Shown here piece by piece: positions 8,323 to 19,064 of a DNA stretch of 29,110 bases. Numbering within the stretch: position 1 is the first letter of the stretch; every line of letters begins with the position of its first letter. The stretch comes from Deltaproteobacteria bacterium. Lineage in GTDB: Bacteria; Myxococcota_A; UBA796; UBA9615. The translations under genes were made by a program, and so were the position numbers. The stretch is from the NCBI GenBank assembly GCA_029261955.1, contig JAJDAI010000831.1:1-29110 (forward strand), given 5' to 3'. The notes beneath the pieces were generated by a model. That model made no database searches. It was not told the origin of the DNA and saw only the letters and a list, made by a program, of their open reading frames with translations.

Positions 8323-9674
8323 GCCGGCTCGTCCGAGCCGTAGAACGCGGCGCTGAAGCGGCGCACCTCGGGCGACCAGCGCGCCGTCCAGCGGGCGTTC
8401 ACCCCCCGCTGCCACCGGTTGAAGCCGGCCAGCTCGGCCTCGCGCCCCACCCAGGCCTCGTGCGGGAGCATGGCCGTGGCCAGCTGGTGGTGGTCGCCGA
8501 CCTCGCGCCACCAGGTCGGGTGGTCGACGCGGGTGCCGAAGCGGCGGGCGTACTCGGGCAGGCGCCGGTAGGACTCGGTGCCCGGCAGCACGAAGAAGGT
8601 CTGAGCCGACAGCCAGCCGCTCGCCGGGCCGCCGCGCGGCATGAGGTCCTGCACGTAGGCGCGCGTCTCGGCCGCGGTCTCGGGCGTCTCGCCGGGGTAG
8701 TTGAAGAGCAGGTAGACGCCGTGGTGCAGGTCCTCTGCATCCGCGGCACGCAGCATCTCGGCGGACTTGCGCAGGTAGCGCGCGGGATCCGGGGCCTTCT
8801 CCATGAGGCCGGCCATGGTCTCGCTGCCGGTGTCGAGGCCGAAGTCGAGCTTGAAGTTGCAGCGCCGAAAGCGCGCCAGCAGCGCCGGCGTCATCAGGTC
8901 GGCCCTCGTCTCGGCCCAATACTGCACCGGCAAGCCCAGCTCCTCGAGGCCGGCGAGCAGCTCCTCCGTCCAGCTGCGGTGGGCCCCGAAGAGGGGGTCG
9001 GCGAAGGCGATGGAGCGCGGGCTGCGCGCCCGGTAGACGGTCTCGATGATCCGGAGCGCGTCCGCCACCGAGTAGCGCGAGGTCCTGCTGCCTCGCAGTG
9101 GCTCGATGCAGAAGCGGCAGCGGTAGGGGCAGCCGCGGCTCAGGGCGATCCAGACCGCGCCGCCGTGATCGCTGCGCCCGTAGTTGGGCCAGTCGATGTG
9201 GTCGTGTCCGCCCAGGGCCAGGGGGTTGCCGGCCAGGACGATCGTGCGAGGGGGGCGACGCGGCGGATCTGCGCACAGCGAGCGCAGGGGGTGCTCGCCG
9301 TCGCCGGTGACGACCCAGTCCGCCAGCCCCTCGAAGTCCGAGGGCATGCCGGTGGCGTGGTGCCCGCCCACCACGATGGGCAGCTCCGGCCGCACGCGGC
9401 GCAGGTGTTCGATGATCGCGACCGTGCCGAGGTAGTGCAGGCTCGTCCAGCAGGAGATGCCGACCAGCCGGGTGTCGTCCTGGAGCGCCTCGTCGAGCCG
9501 GGAGAGGGCCTCATCCAGGTCGCCGCCGCGGTCCAGCTCCAGCTGCGCCACACCGCAGAGGTCGCTGACGAAGCCCGCCAGGCTGTCCAGGTGCGGCTTG
9601 CCCGCCTCGCGGTTGGACCACCAGCCGTGGCCGTGCAGCACGGGCGGGGCGATGAGCAGGAGCTGGAATGTCAC
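8319..9674 (-). CDS. Cobalamin-binding (class B-like) radical SAM protein 3
   Basis: LLIAPP, VGISCWTS, IVVGGHHAT, VVTGDGE; LSRGCPYRCRFC; FADPLF, LFNYPGET, FVLPGT. Confidence 0.9.
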   Translation of the reverse strand: MTFQLLLIAPPVLHGHGWWSNREAGKPHLDSLAGFVSDLCGVAQLELDRGGDLDEALSRLDEALQDDTRLVGISCWTSLHYLGTVAIIEHLRRVRPELPIVVGGHHATGMPSDFEGLADWVVTGDGEHPLRSLCADPPRRPPRTIVLAGNPLALGGHDHIDWPNYGRSDHGGAVWIALSRGCPYRCRFCIEPLRGSRTSRYSVADALRIIETVYRARSPRSIAFADPLFGAHRSWTEELLAGLEELGLPVQYWAETRADLMTPALLARFRRCNFKLDFGLDTGSETMAGLMEKAPDPARYLRKSAEMLRAADAEDLHHGVYLLFNYPGETPETAAETRAYVQDLMPRGGPASGWLSAQTFFVLPGTESYRRLPEYARRFGTRVDHPTWWREVGDHHQLATAMLPHEAWVGREAELAGFNRWQRGVNARWTARWSPEVRRFSAAFYGSDEPA

Positions 9675-9683
9675 ACGGGGAGC

Positions 9684-10856
9684 CTACCCGCCCGCCCCGG
9701 GGGCCGGGTCGGAACGGGGGGGTTGGGCGGTCCCGTCAGGACTCGGGGGGCTGTCCTCCATCGGAGGCGAAACCCTGACCCCCATCCGCTGCAAATCCCC
9801 CAGGAGCCGCGCGGGCTCCACGGCCTGCGCCATCGTGCTCACGCCCAGGGGCCGGCTGCCATCCGCCCACTGCAGCAACCAGGCGGCCACGGGGATCGCG
9901 GTGAGGTCGTAGCCGTCTTCGTGGCCCAGCTGGAGGACCAGCTGCTCTCGCTCGCTCTGCACCTCCAGCCGCAGCAGCGTGCCGAAAGGCGGGCGCGACC
10001 CCCTCCGCAGACTCCAGCACAGCAGGCGGGCCAGGGGCCCTTCGAGCAGCCCGGGCAGCAGCTTCATCCCCACCAGGACCAGCGGGATGACCAGGTAGTC
10101 GGTGATGGGGTCGAAGCCGCCGACGTAGAAGCCGCAGGAGGTCAGCTGGGGGTACATCTGCGGCAGCGGCCGGAGCTCCTCGAGGAACATCGGCACACAC
10201 ACCTGCTCCCCCCAGGGCGGCCCGAAGTCGAAGCGCGGGCTGCCCCGACCGGTCCAGGACATCGATCGCCACGACCCCTCGACCAGGTGCTTCGAGTCGT
10301 AGTCGGCGAACTCCCGGACCATCTCGCGCGCCGTCTCGGACACGATCTCCAGCCCGCGCCAGTCGATCTGGATGACGCTGCTCACCTGCGCCCGGAAGGC
10401 GCCCGGCACGCGCTCGGCGCCGTAGCGGATCAGCGCCGCGGGAACACCCGGGTGGAAGCCCGCGTCGGTGATCGCGCAGAGATCCGCCGCCTCGAAGAGG
10501 TCCGAGGCAGCGAACAAGCGGGCGACCTTCTCCGCGGAGAGCTGGATGTCCAGGTAGTCGGTCCCGGTGGCCAGGCAGGCCTCGATCGCCACGTCCACAA
10601 ACTCCGAGGTGCTGGAGGCGGCGACCAGCAAGTCGACATCCCGGAGCGCTGCCTCCATCGATGCACGCGAGGAGGCGTCGACGGACAGGGGCGTGCAGCG
10701 CTCCCCGAGCTGCCCAGCCAGCGCCTCCAAGGGCGCCGAGCGGCGACCGGCGGCCACGACCCGAGCCTCAGGGACTTCGGCCAGGAGCAGTCGAGCGATG
10801 CGGGACCCCGTGTTTCCCGAGGCACCGAGGATCAAGACGGTCGGCGATCGGCTCAT
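9684..10856 (-). CDS. Saccharopine dehydrogenase-like NAD(P)-binding oxidoreductase
   Basis: VLILGASGNTG Rossmann motif, VVAAGRR, GTDYLDI, DAGFHPGV; GGAGG 5 nt before ATG 10856. Confidence 0.85.
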   Translation of the reverse strand: MSRSPTVLILGASGNTGSRIARLLLAEVPEARVVAAGRRSAPLEALAGQLGERCTPLSVDASSRASMEAALRDVDLLVAASSTSEFVDVAIEACLATGTDYLDIQLSAEKVARLFAASDLFEAADLCAITDAGFHPGVPAALIRYGAERVPGAFRAQVSSVIQIDWRGLEIVSETAREMVREFADYDSKHLVEGSWRSMSWTGRGSPRFDFGPPWGEQVCVPMFLEELRPLPQMYPQLTSCGFYVGGFDPITDYLVIPLVLVGMKLLPGLLEGPLARLLCWSLRRGSRPPFGTLLRLEVQSEREQLVLQLGHEDGYDLTAIPVAAWLLQWADGSRPLGVSTMAQAVEPARLLGDLQRMGVRVSPPMEDSPPSPDGTAQPPRSDPAPGAGG

Positions 10857-10909
10857 CGCGTCCTCCGACCCCCAGCCTACGGCGAGGTCGAATCCGGGAC
10901 ACCGCGTGA

Positions 10910-12451
10910 TCACCCCCTCGCGAGCGCCGCCCCCACGTGCAGCCCCATCGCGTAGATCGACACCTGGGGCGGCACGCCGATCGAGCTCGGGAAGAGCGAG
11001 CCATCGGCCACCCACAGCCCCTGGAGGTGGTGGTGCTTGCCATCCGAGCCGACCGGGGACTTCGCCGGATCGTCGCCCATCGGCACCGAGCCCATGGGGT
11101 GCACCGCCGTGAGGTCGGGGGTGTCGGCCGCGATCTCCGCCTGCAGCGCGTCCAGGTCGTCGTCGGCCCGAAGGACACGCAGCCCACCCGCGGGCACGAA
11201 GACCGACTCCGCGCCGGCCGCGAAGAGCAGCTTCGCGCAGGCGACGACCCCGAAGGCCACCTCGCGCCGATCCGCCTCGATGGGCTCGTAGTCGATGCGC
11301 AGCCCGAGGTCCCCGCGCGGGCGAACCCGCCCCATCGTCAGGTCGTGGACCATGGGCGTGAAGACAGCCAGGCGCTCGTAGGCGGACATGAGCCGGCGGT
11401 GCTCCGCGCCGAGCCCCGGCACCATCGTCGCGGTGCCCACGGGGTGCGCGAAGGCCGGCACGATCCAGGTGCGCGTGCCGATGGGCGGTTCGGCCCCCTC
11501 CTCGGCGTAGGCCCGCTCGAAGTCGAGGAACTCGGTGCACTCGACGGTCTGGGGGATGCCTTCCCAGGCGCGCACGGGCTCCGCGAACTCCCCCGCCGCG
11601 ACGGGCGCCGGGTGGATGCGCAGGGTTCGGCCGGTCTTGCCGCTCGGGTCGGGCACGTCGGAGCGAAGCAGGATCGCCGGCGTGCCCGTGGCCGAGGCGG
11701 AGACGCAGACCCTCGATGCAACGACCGAGAACTCACCGACCGGCCGCCGGTGCACGGGATCCAGCACGACCCCCTCGACCCCCGTCACCGCACCGCCGGC
11801 GTGCAGCACCCGCACCGCCTGGCAGCGGCTCAGCACCTGGCCCTTGGCGGCGATCAGGCGGGGGAGCAGCACCTTGTTGGCGTTGTTCTTCGCGTCGTAG
11901 GCGCAGCCGAGCAGGCAGAAGCCGCTGCCCAGGCAGCCGGTGCGGTTGTGCTTCAGCCCGCCGGCCTTCCAGCCCAGCTTCGCGGCCCCGGAAGCCAGCA
12001 GCTGGTTGTGCCGATTCCGCCGCGCGACCTCGACCTCGGACACCCCGAGCAGCGACTCCGCCGCCCGGTAGAGCTGCTCCCAGCGCGAAGGCGGCAGCTT
12101 CTCCATCCCGTGCAGCCGCGCCCACTCCCGGCGGATGGGCTCGGGGATGCGCGCGCAGAGGTTGATGTTGTGCACGGTGGACCCGCCCACCGCGCGTCCC
12201 TGGTGGATGCGCACCCGCCGGTCCGCGCTGGTCTGCCCGCCGTTCGCGGTCAACAGCTCGGGGAGCATCTGCTCCTCGCGCTGGGTCATGGCCGAGGGAG
12301 GTACAAACGCGCCGGACTCCAGGACCACGACGCTCAGCCCCGCCTCCGCGGCCGTGGTCGCTGCCGCCATGCCGCCGGCGCCCGAACCGATCACGCAGAC
12401 GTCGGCCTCCAGCTTCAGCGGCAACGAGAGAGTCGAGGCGTCGAAGATCAC
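10910..12451 (-). CDS. GMC-family FAD oxidoreductase
   Basis: VIGSGAGG, VLESG, QGRAVGGSTVHN, CLGSGFCLLGC..DAK, HPMG, VADGSLFPSS; GTG start overlaps the upstream stop (GTGA, 12448-12451); no signal peptide. Confidence 0.92.
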   Translation of the reverse strand: MIFDASTLSLPLKLEADVCVIGSGAGGMAAATTAAEAGLSVVVLESGAFVPPSAMTQREEQMLPELLTANGGQTSADRRVRIHQGRAVGGSTVHNINLCARIPEPIRREWARLHGMEKLPPSRWEQLYRAAESLLGVSEVEVARRNRHNQLLASGAAKLGWKAGGLKHNRTGCLGSGFCLLGCAYDAKNNANKVLLPRLIAAKGQVLSRCQAVRVLHAGGAVTGVEGVVLDPVHRRPVGEFSVVASRVCVSASATGTPAILLRSDVPDPSGKTGRTLRIHPAPVAAGEFAEPVRAWEGIPQTVECTEFLDFERAYAEEGAEPPIGTRTWIVPAFAHPVGTATMVPGLGAEHRRLMSAYERLAVFTPMVHDLTMGRVRPRGDLGLRIDYEPIEADRREVAFGVVACAKLLFAAGAESVFVPAGGLRVLRADDDLDALQAEIAADTPDLTAVHPMGSVPMGDDPAKSPVGSDGKHHHLQGLWVADGSLFPSSIGVPPQVSIYAMGLHVGAALARG

Positions 12452-14064
12452 CGCAGCGCCCCCCTCGGGTCCTGGCCAACCGGCGCCACGAGGGCGGCGT
12501 AGCGCCCCGGCGCCCCGGTCCCGCCCGGCGGCACCCACGGCCCGCGGTAGCCCAGCTCGCCCCAGGTCCGCGCGTCCTGGTACCAACCCAAGAGGCAGAG
12601 GTCCCGGACCCCGCGCGCCGCGTCCGCCATCAGCCCGCCGAACCACTCCAGGCGCTCGAGGAAGCGCCGACGCCCCGCAGGATCCAGCTGCGTGAGCCGC
12701 GAGAGGTGACCGTCCAGCGCGGTGCCCTGCTCGAGCAGCTCGAACATGCCGTGGACCTCGAGCAGCATCGGCGCGGGCATGCCGGCCAGGTAGCGGTCCA
12801 CGGCGGAGGCGAGCTCCTGCCCCGAGGGCCCATCGGCCGGCAAGGGCCCGGGCTCGTCGGGCACCACCGCCTCGGCCGCCGCGGCGATCGCCAGGGCTTC
12901 GTGCCGAGTCAGGACGAGCCCCTCCCAGTCCTCGAAGCCCCCATAACCGACGAGGTGCCGGTAGCCCGCGATCCCCACCGCCAGCGCCGCGCCGCCCACC
13001 AGGACCCGGCGACGGGACCAGCCGCGCCCCGAATCCAGACGCCGCAGCAGCCTCGGGGGCAACCGACCGCGCCACCCCGGCTCCACAGGCAGCTCGCCGC
13101 GGTGCGAGGTCAGCCAGTACAGGACGCGCTTGCCCTGCCAGGTCGGGGCCTCGGCCCGCATCGCGGCGAGGGCCTTGCCGCCGTAGATGGGCTCAGCGCG
13201 CAGGCCGGCCGAGGCGAGCCAGGCCACCGCGCCCGCCGACTCGGGGCTGATGTGCCCGTAGCCTGCCCCCACAAAACCCCGCACCGCCTGGAGGTCCGGC
13301 ATCGGCAGATCCGAGGGGACGGGCAACCCGCTCGACCGGAGAAAGGCCAGGACCTGGTCCCGGTGGTGCCGGAGCGCGCCGTTCGTCACGAAGACCCGCT
13401 CGACTGTCGCCACGGCACGCACGGGGATCGGCCGGCCCGCGAGCGCCAGGCCCAGCGCCGTGCCGACCGCCGTGCCGCCGGTGCCCCAGGGCACGAAGAC
13501 GACGTCAGGCTCGGGGATCTCACCGGCCTCGATCTGCGCGGCCAGCTCCAGCCCGCCCGACAGGCTGCCCACGACGCCCTCCGGCACGGTGCCGCCGGGC
13601 GGGATGGCCGGGATCGGCCCGTCGCGCTTCCCGAACAGGACCCGCGTGCAGCGAAAGGCCAGCTCCAGCCGGCTCCCGCAGAACAGGACGTCGGTGGGGC
13701 CCGAGGCGATGCAGGCGAGGTTCTCCAGGACCGGCTCAGAGCTCGGCTCCCAGAAGCAGTGCGCCTCCAGCCTCCGCCCCAGGCGCGCGGCCGCGAGCGT
13801 CATGGCCACCAGGTGCCCTGAGCCGATGGCCCCCACCGAAGCCCAGGTCTGCGCGGAGACGAAGGGCTCCTGCGCGAGCAGGAAGTCGAGCTTGCGGACC
13901 TTGTTCCCACCCTGGAGCGGCCCGATCTGGTCGTCCCGTTTGACGCCGAACCAGGAGAAGCCGAGCTCCGCGGCCTGCTCCGGCAGCTCGGTCACGGGCG
14001 TGGGGGCTTCGATCCACCCCAGGCGGGGCAGCACATCGAGCGTCGATTGAGTCCAGGGGGGCAC
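12448..14064 (-). CDS. Fusion: PLP-dependent ACC deaminase/D-cysteine desulfhydrase-family domain + gluconate 2-dehydrogenase subunit 3-like domain
   Basis: N-terminal ~330 aa: PTPV, VKRDD, GGNKVRKL (PLP Lys55), GTGGT, EPIYGGKA. C-terminal: SRRRVLVGGAALAVGIAG, AAAEAVVP, VDRYL, FLERL, LCLLGWYQDARTW..LGY.GP. One uninterrupted frame. Confidence 0.8.
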   Translation of the reverse strand: MPPWTQSTLDVLPRLGWIEAPTPVTELPEQAAELGFSWFGVKRDDQIGPLQGGNKVRKLDFLLAQEPFVSAQTWASVGAIGSGHLVAMTLAAARLGRRLEAHCFWEPSSEPVLENLACIASGPTDVLFCGSRLELAFRCTRVLFGKRDGPIPAIPPGGTVPEGVVGSLSGGLELAAQIEAGEIPEPDVVFVPWGTGGTAVGTALGLALAGRPIPVRAVATVERVFVTNGALRHHRDQVLAFLRSSGLPVPSDLPMPDLQAVRGFVGAGYGHISPESAGAVAWLASAGLRAEPIYGGKALAAMRAEAPTWQGKRVLYWLTSHRGELPVEPGWRGRLPPRLLRRLDSGRGWSRRRVLVGGAALAVGIAGYRHLVGYGGFEDWEGLVLTRHEALAIAAAAEAVVPDEPGPLPADGPSGQELASAVDRYLAGMPAPMLLEVHGMFELLEQGTALDGHLSRLTQLDPAGRRRFLERLEWFGGLMADAARGVRDLCLLGWYQDARTWGELGYRGPWVPPGGTGAPGRYAALVAPVGQDPRGALR

Positions 14065-14191
14065 CGGCGAACGCTAGCGGTTCGTCGGGCTGCTCCGCAC
14101 GGACACTCCGGGGTCTCACCCGGGCCATTCAACCCCCGCGCGCCCACCTCGGCCTTGCGATAGAAGGGCGCCAGAACCCCGTGGAGCACCC

Positions 14192-15949
<1,758 letters not shown>

Positions 15950-16105
15950 TCTGGCTGATCCTGCTGCTCGGCTGCGCCCCCGCCGTCGACGAGGCCCCGG
16001 AGCCCTGCCCGGTCTCGGACCCCGAGGTGCTCGTGTGCCTGCAGGAGGCCTTTCTCGACGTGGCCGCCCTGAGCCGGCCCGGCCAGCAGGAGGCCATCGA
16101 CGCGA

Positions 16106-17476
<1,371 letters not shown>

Positions 17477-17564
17477 GTTCTCTCCTGCGGATCACCGGAG
17501 CGTAGCGTGATTCCCGCAGGCGAGTGCCCTTGCATGCCGCCCTTCGGTGACCCAATCTCTTCCC

Positions 17565-18329
17565 ATGCGCGTCCTGCTTCTGCTGCTCCCCCTCCTGCTG
17601 ACCGGCTGCACCGAGTTCTTCGCCCTGGCCGATCCCGGGGCGGGCCAGGAGGAGGAAGAGGAGCCGACCCCCGAGTTCACCGCCGACTCCATGACCGTCG
17701 ACTTCGAAGCGACCTTCGCTGGAACCGACGTCGTGCTGGACTGGGACGTGACCTACTGGGTCGACATCAGCCGCGACGTCGCCAACTGCGCCCAGCGCAT
17801 GCGCAGCCAGGCCAGCGTCGAGCCCCGCCCGTCCAGCTGCACCTCCTGCGACGGCACCTGGGTGGGCGTGCAGGACAGCGTCTCGGACGAGAGCGAGCCG
17901 CTCCAGTTCGGCTCCGACTGCGACCCGGCGATGCTGGACGCGACGCTGATGAACTTCGGCTCCGGCCTGCTTCGCCCGCTCAGCGACAACGGCCTGTCGG
18001 ATCTGCTGTCGGTCGCCTTCATCACCGCGGACATGCACGCCGGCCTGGAGACCGCCATCGACGCGCAGGGCCAGTTCACGGCCGCCTTCATGGAGGCCGC
18101 GGCCGACAACCTCGGCGTGGAGTACGCCGGCGTGGGCCTGCTCCAGATGCGCGAGAACTCGCTGGCCTCGAACATCCAGCTCGACGCGGCCGCCAACAGC
18201 CTCGAGAGCGGCGAATGGCGGCCCTTCTTCGTGGTCTTCCGCGACCCCGATCTGAACGACTACGAAGGCGACGGGCTGCAGGGCGACTACTTCGGCCAGG
18301 GCGTCTTCTCGGTGGGCTTCGCGCGGTAA
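17565..18329 (+). CDS. Hypothetical lipoprotein
   Basis: MRVLLLLLPLLLTGC lipobox; acidic linker; four further Cys including CTSC; G/C-ending codons dominate. Confidence 0.75.
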   Translation: MRVLLLLLPLLLTGCTEFFALADPGAGQEEEEEPTPEFTADSMTVDFEATFAGTDVVLDWDVTYWVDISRDVANCAQRMRSQASVEPRPSSCTSCDGTWVGVQDSVSDESEPLQFGSDCDPAMLDATLMNFGSGLLRPLSDNGLSDLLSVAFITADMHAGLETAIDAQGQFTAAFMEAAADNLGVEYAGVGLLQMRENSLASNIQLDAAANSLESGEWRPFFVVFRDPDLNDYEGDGLQGDYFGQGVFSVGFAR

Positions 18330-18371
18330 CGCGCTGGCGGACTGCGAGTCCAGGGGCTACACGGAGTCCCC

Positions 18372-19055
18372 ATGAGCCCCATCGAACTCGTCTCCTTCGA
18401 CCTGTGCCCCTACGTCCAGCGCAGCGTGATCACGCTGCTCGAGAAGGCGGTGCCCTTCGACATCACCTACATCGATCTGGCCGACAAGCCGCGTTGGTTC
18501 GTGGAGCTGTCGCCCACGGGCAAGGTGCCGGTGCTGCGGGTCGGTGACGATCGCCTCTTCGAGTCGGCCGTCATCAACGAGTACCTGGACGAGACGACCG
18601 GCGCGGTCCGGCTCATGCCCGACGGCGCCCTGGTCCGCGCGAAGGCGCGCATGTGGATCGAGTTCTTCTCGGGGCTCGGTGGCCCGTCCTACATGCTCAT
18701 GGTCGAGGCCGACGAGGCCCGCTCGCGGGGCTACGCCGCCAAGGTGCGCGAGCTGCTCGGCAAGGTGGAGCCCGAGATCGCCGGGCCCCTCTGGGATGGG
18801 GAGGACTTTTCCCTGGTGGATGCCGCCGCGGCGCCGTTCCTGCAGCGCATCGCCTGGATCGAGCGCATCGCGCCGGACCTGGGGCTCACCGCCGGCCTGC
18901 CGCGGGTCCAGGCCTGGACCGAGGCCCTCATCTCGCGGCCCAGCGTACTCGGCTCCACGAAGCCGGATCTGGAGGCCATCTTCGGCGAGTACCTCAAGGG
19001 CGGCGGCTCCCCAGCCCGCACGGCGCCTTCGAGCTGGCTCGGCACGCAGCTCTAG
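18372..19055 (+). CDS. Glutathione S-transferase family protein
   Basis: CPYVQR, SPTGKVPVL, LFESAVINEYLDE, FSLVDAAAAPFL. Confidence 0.92.
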   Translation: MSPIELVSFDLCPYVQRSVITLLEKAVPFDITYIDLADKPRWFVELSPTGKVPVLRVGDDRLFESAVINEYLDETTGAVRLMPDGALVRAKARMWIEFFSGLGGPSYMLMVEADEARSRGYAAKVRELLGKVEPEIAGPLWDGEDFSLVDAAAAPFLQRIAWIERIAPDLGLTAGLPRVQAWTEALISRPSVLGSTKPDLEAIFGEYLKGGGSPARTAPSSWLGTQL

Positions 19056-19064
19056 AGAGCCCCG

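Noticed and set aside
11910-11945. GMC Cys cluster (CLGSGFCLLGC) as a separate ferredoxin domain
   Set aside because: Only three Cys; a similar Cys-rich segment is common within this GMC group.
9684-13075. Track ORFs 9684-11540, 10910-13075, 7555-9276 and 4462-5469 suggesting further fusions or long N-termini
   Set aside because: The extensions are off-frame read-back into upstream genes; coupled or RBS-supported starts at 10856, 12451, 8322 and 5226 explain the real proteins.
2273-14191. RiPP precursor peptide for the radical SAM cluster
   Set aside because: Intergenic gaps are too short (only a 5-codon MSART ORF at 2287); no PqqD/RRE-like domain or leader-like ORF was recognised.
17836-17850. 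CxxC in the lipoprotein as a heme c attachment site
   Set aside because: The motif is CTSCD, lacking the His of CxxCH.
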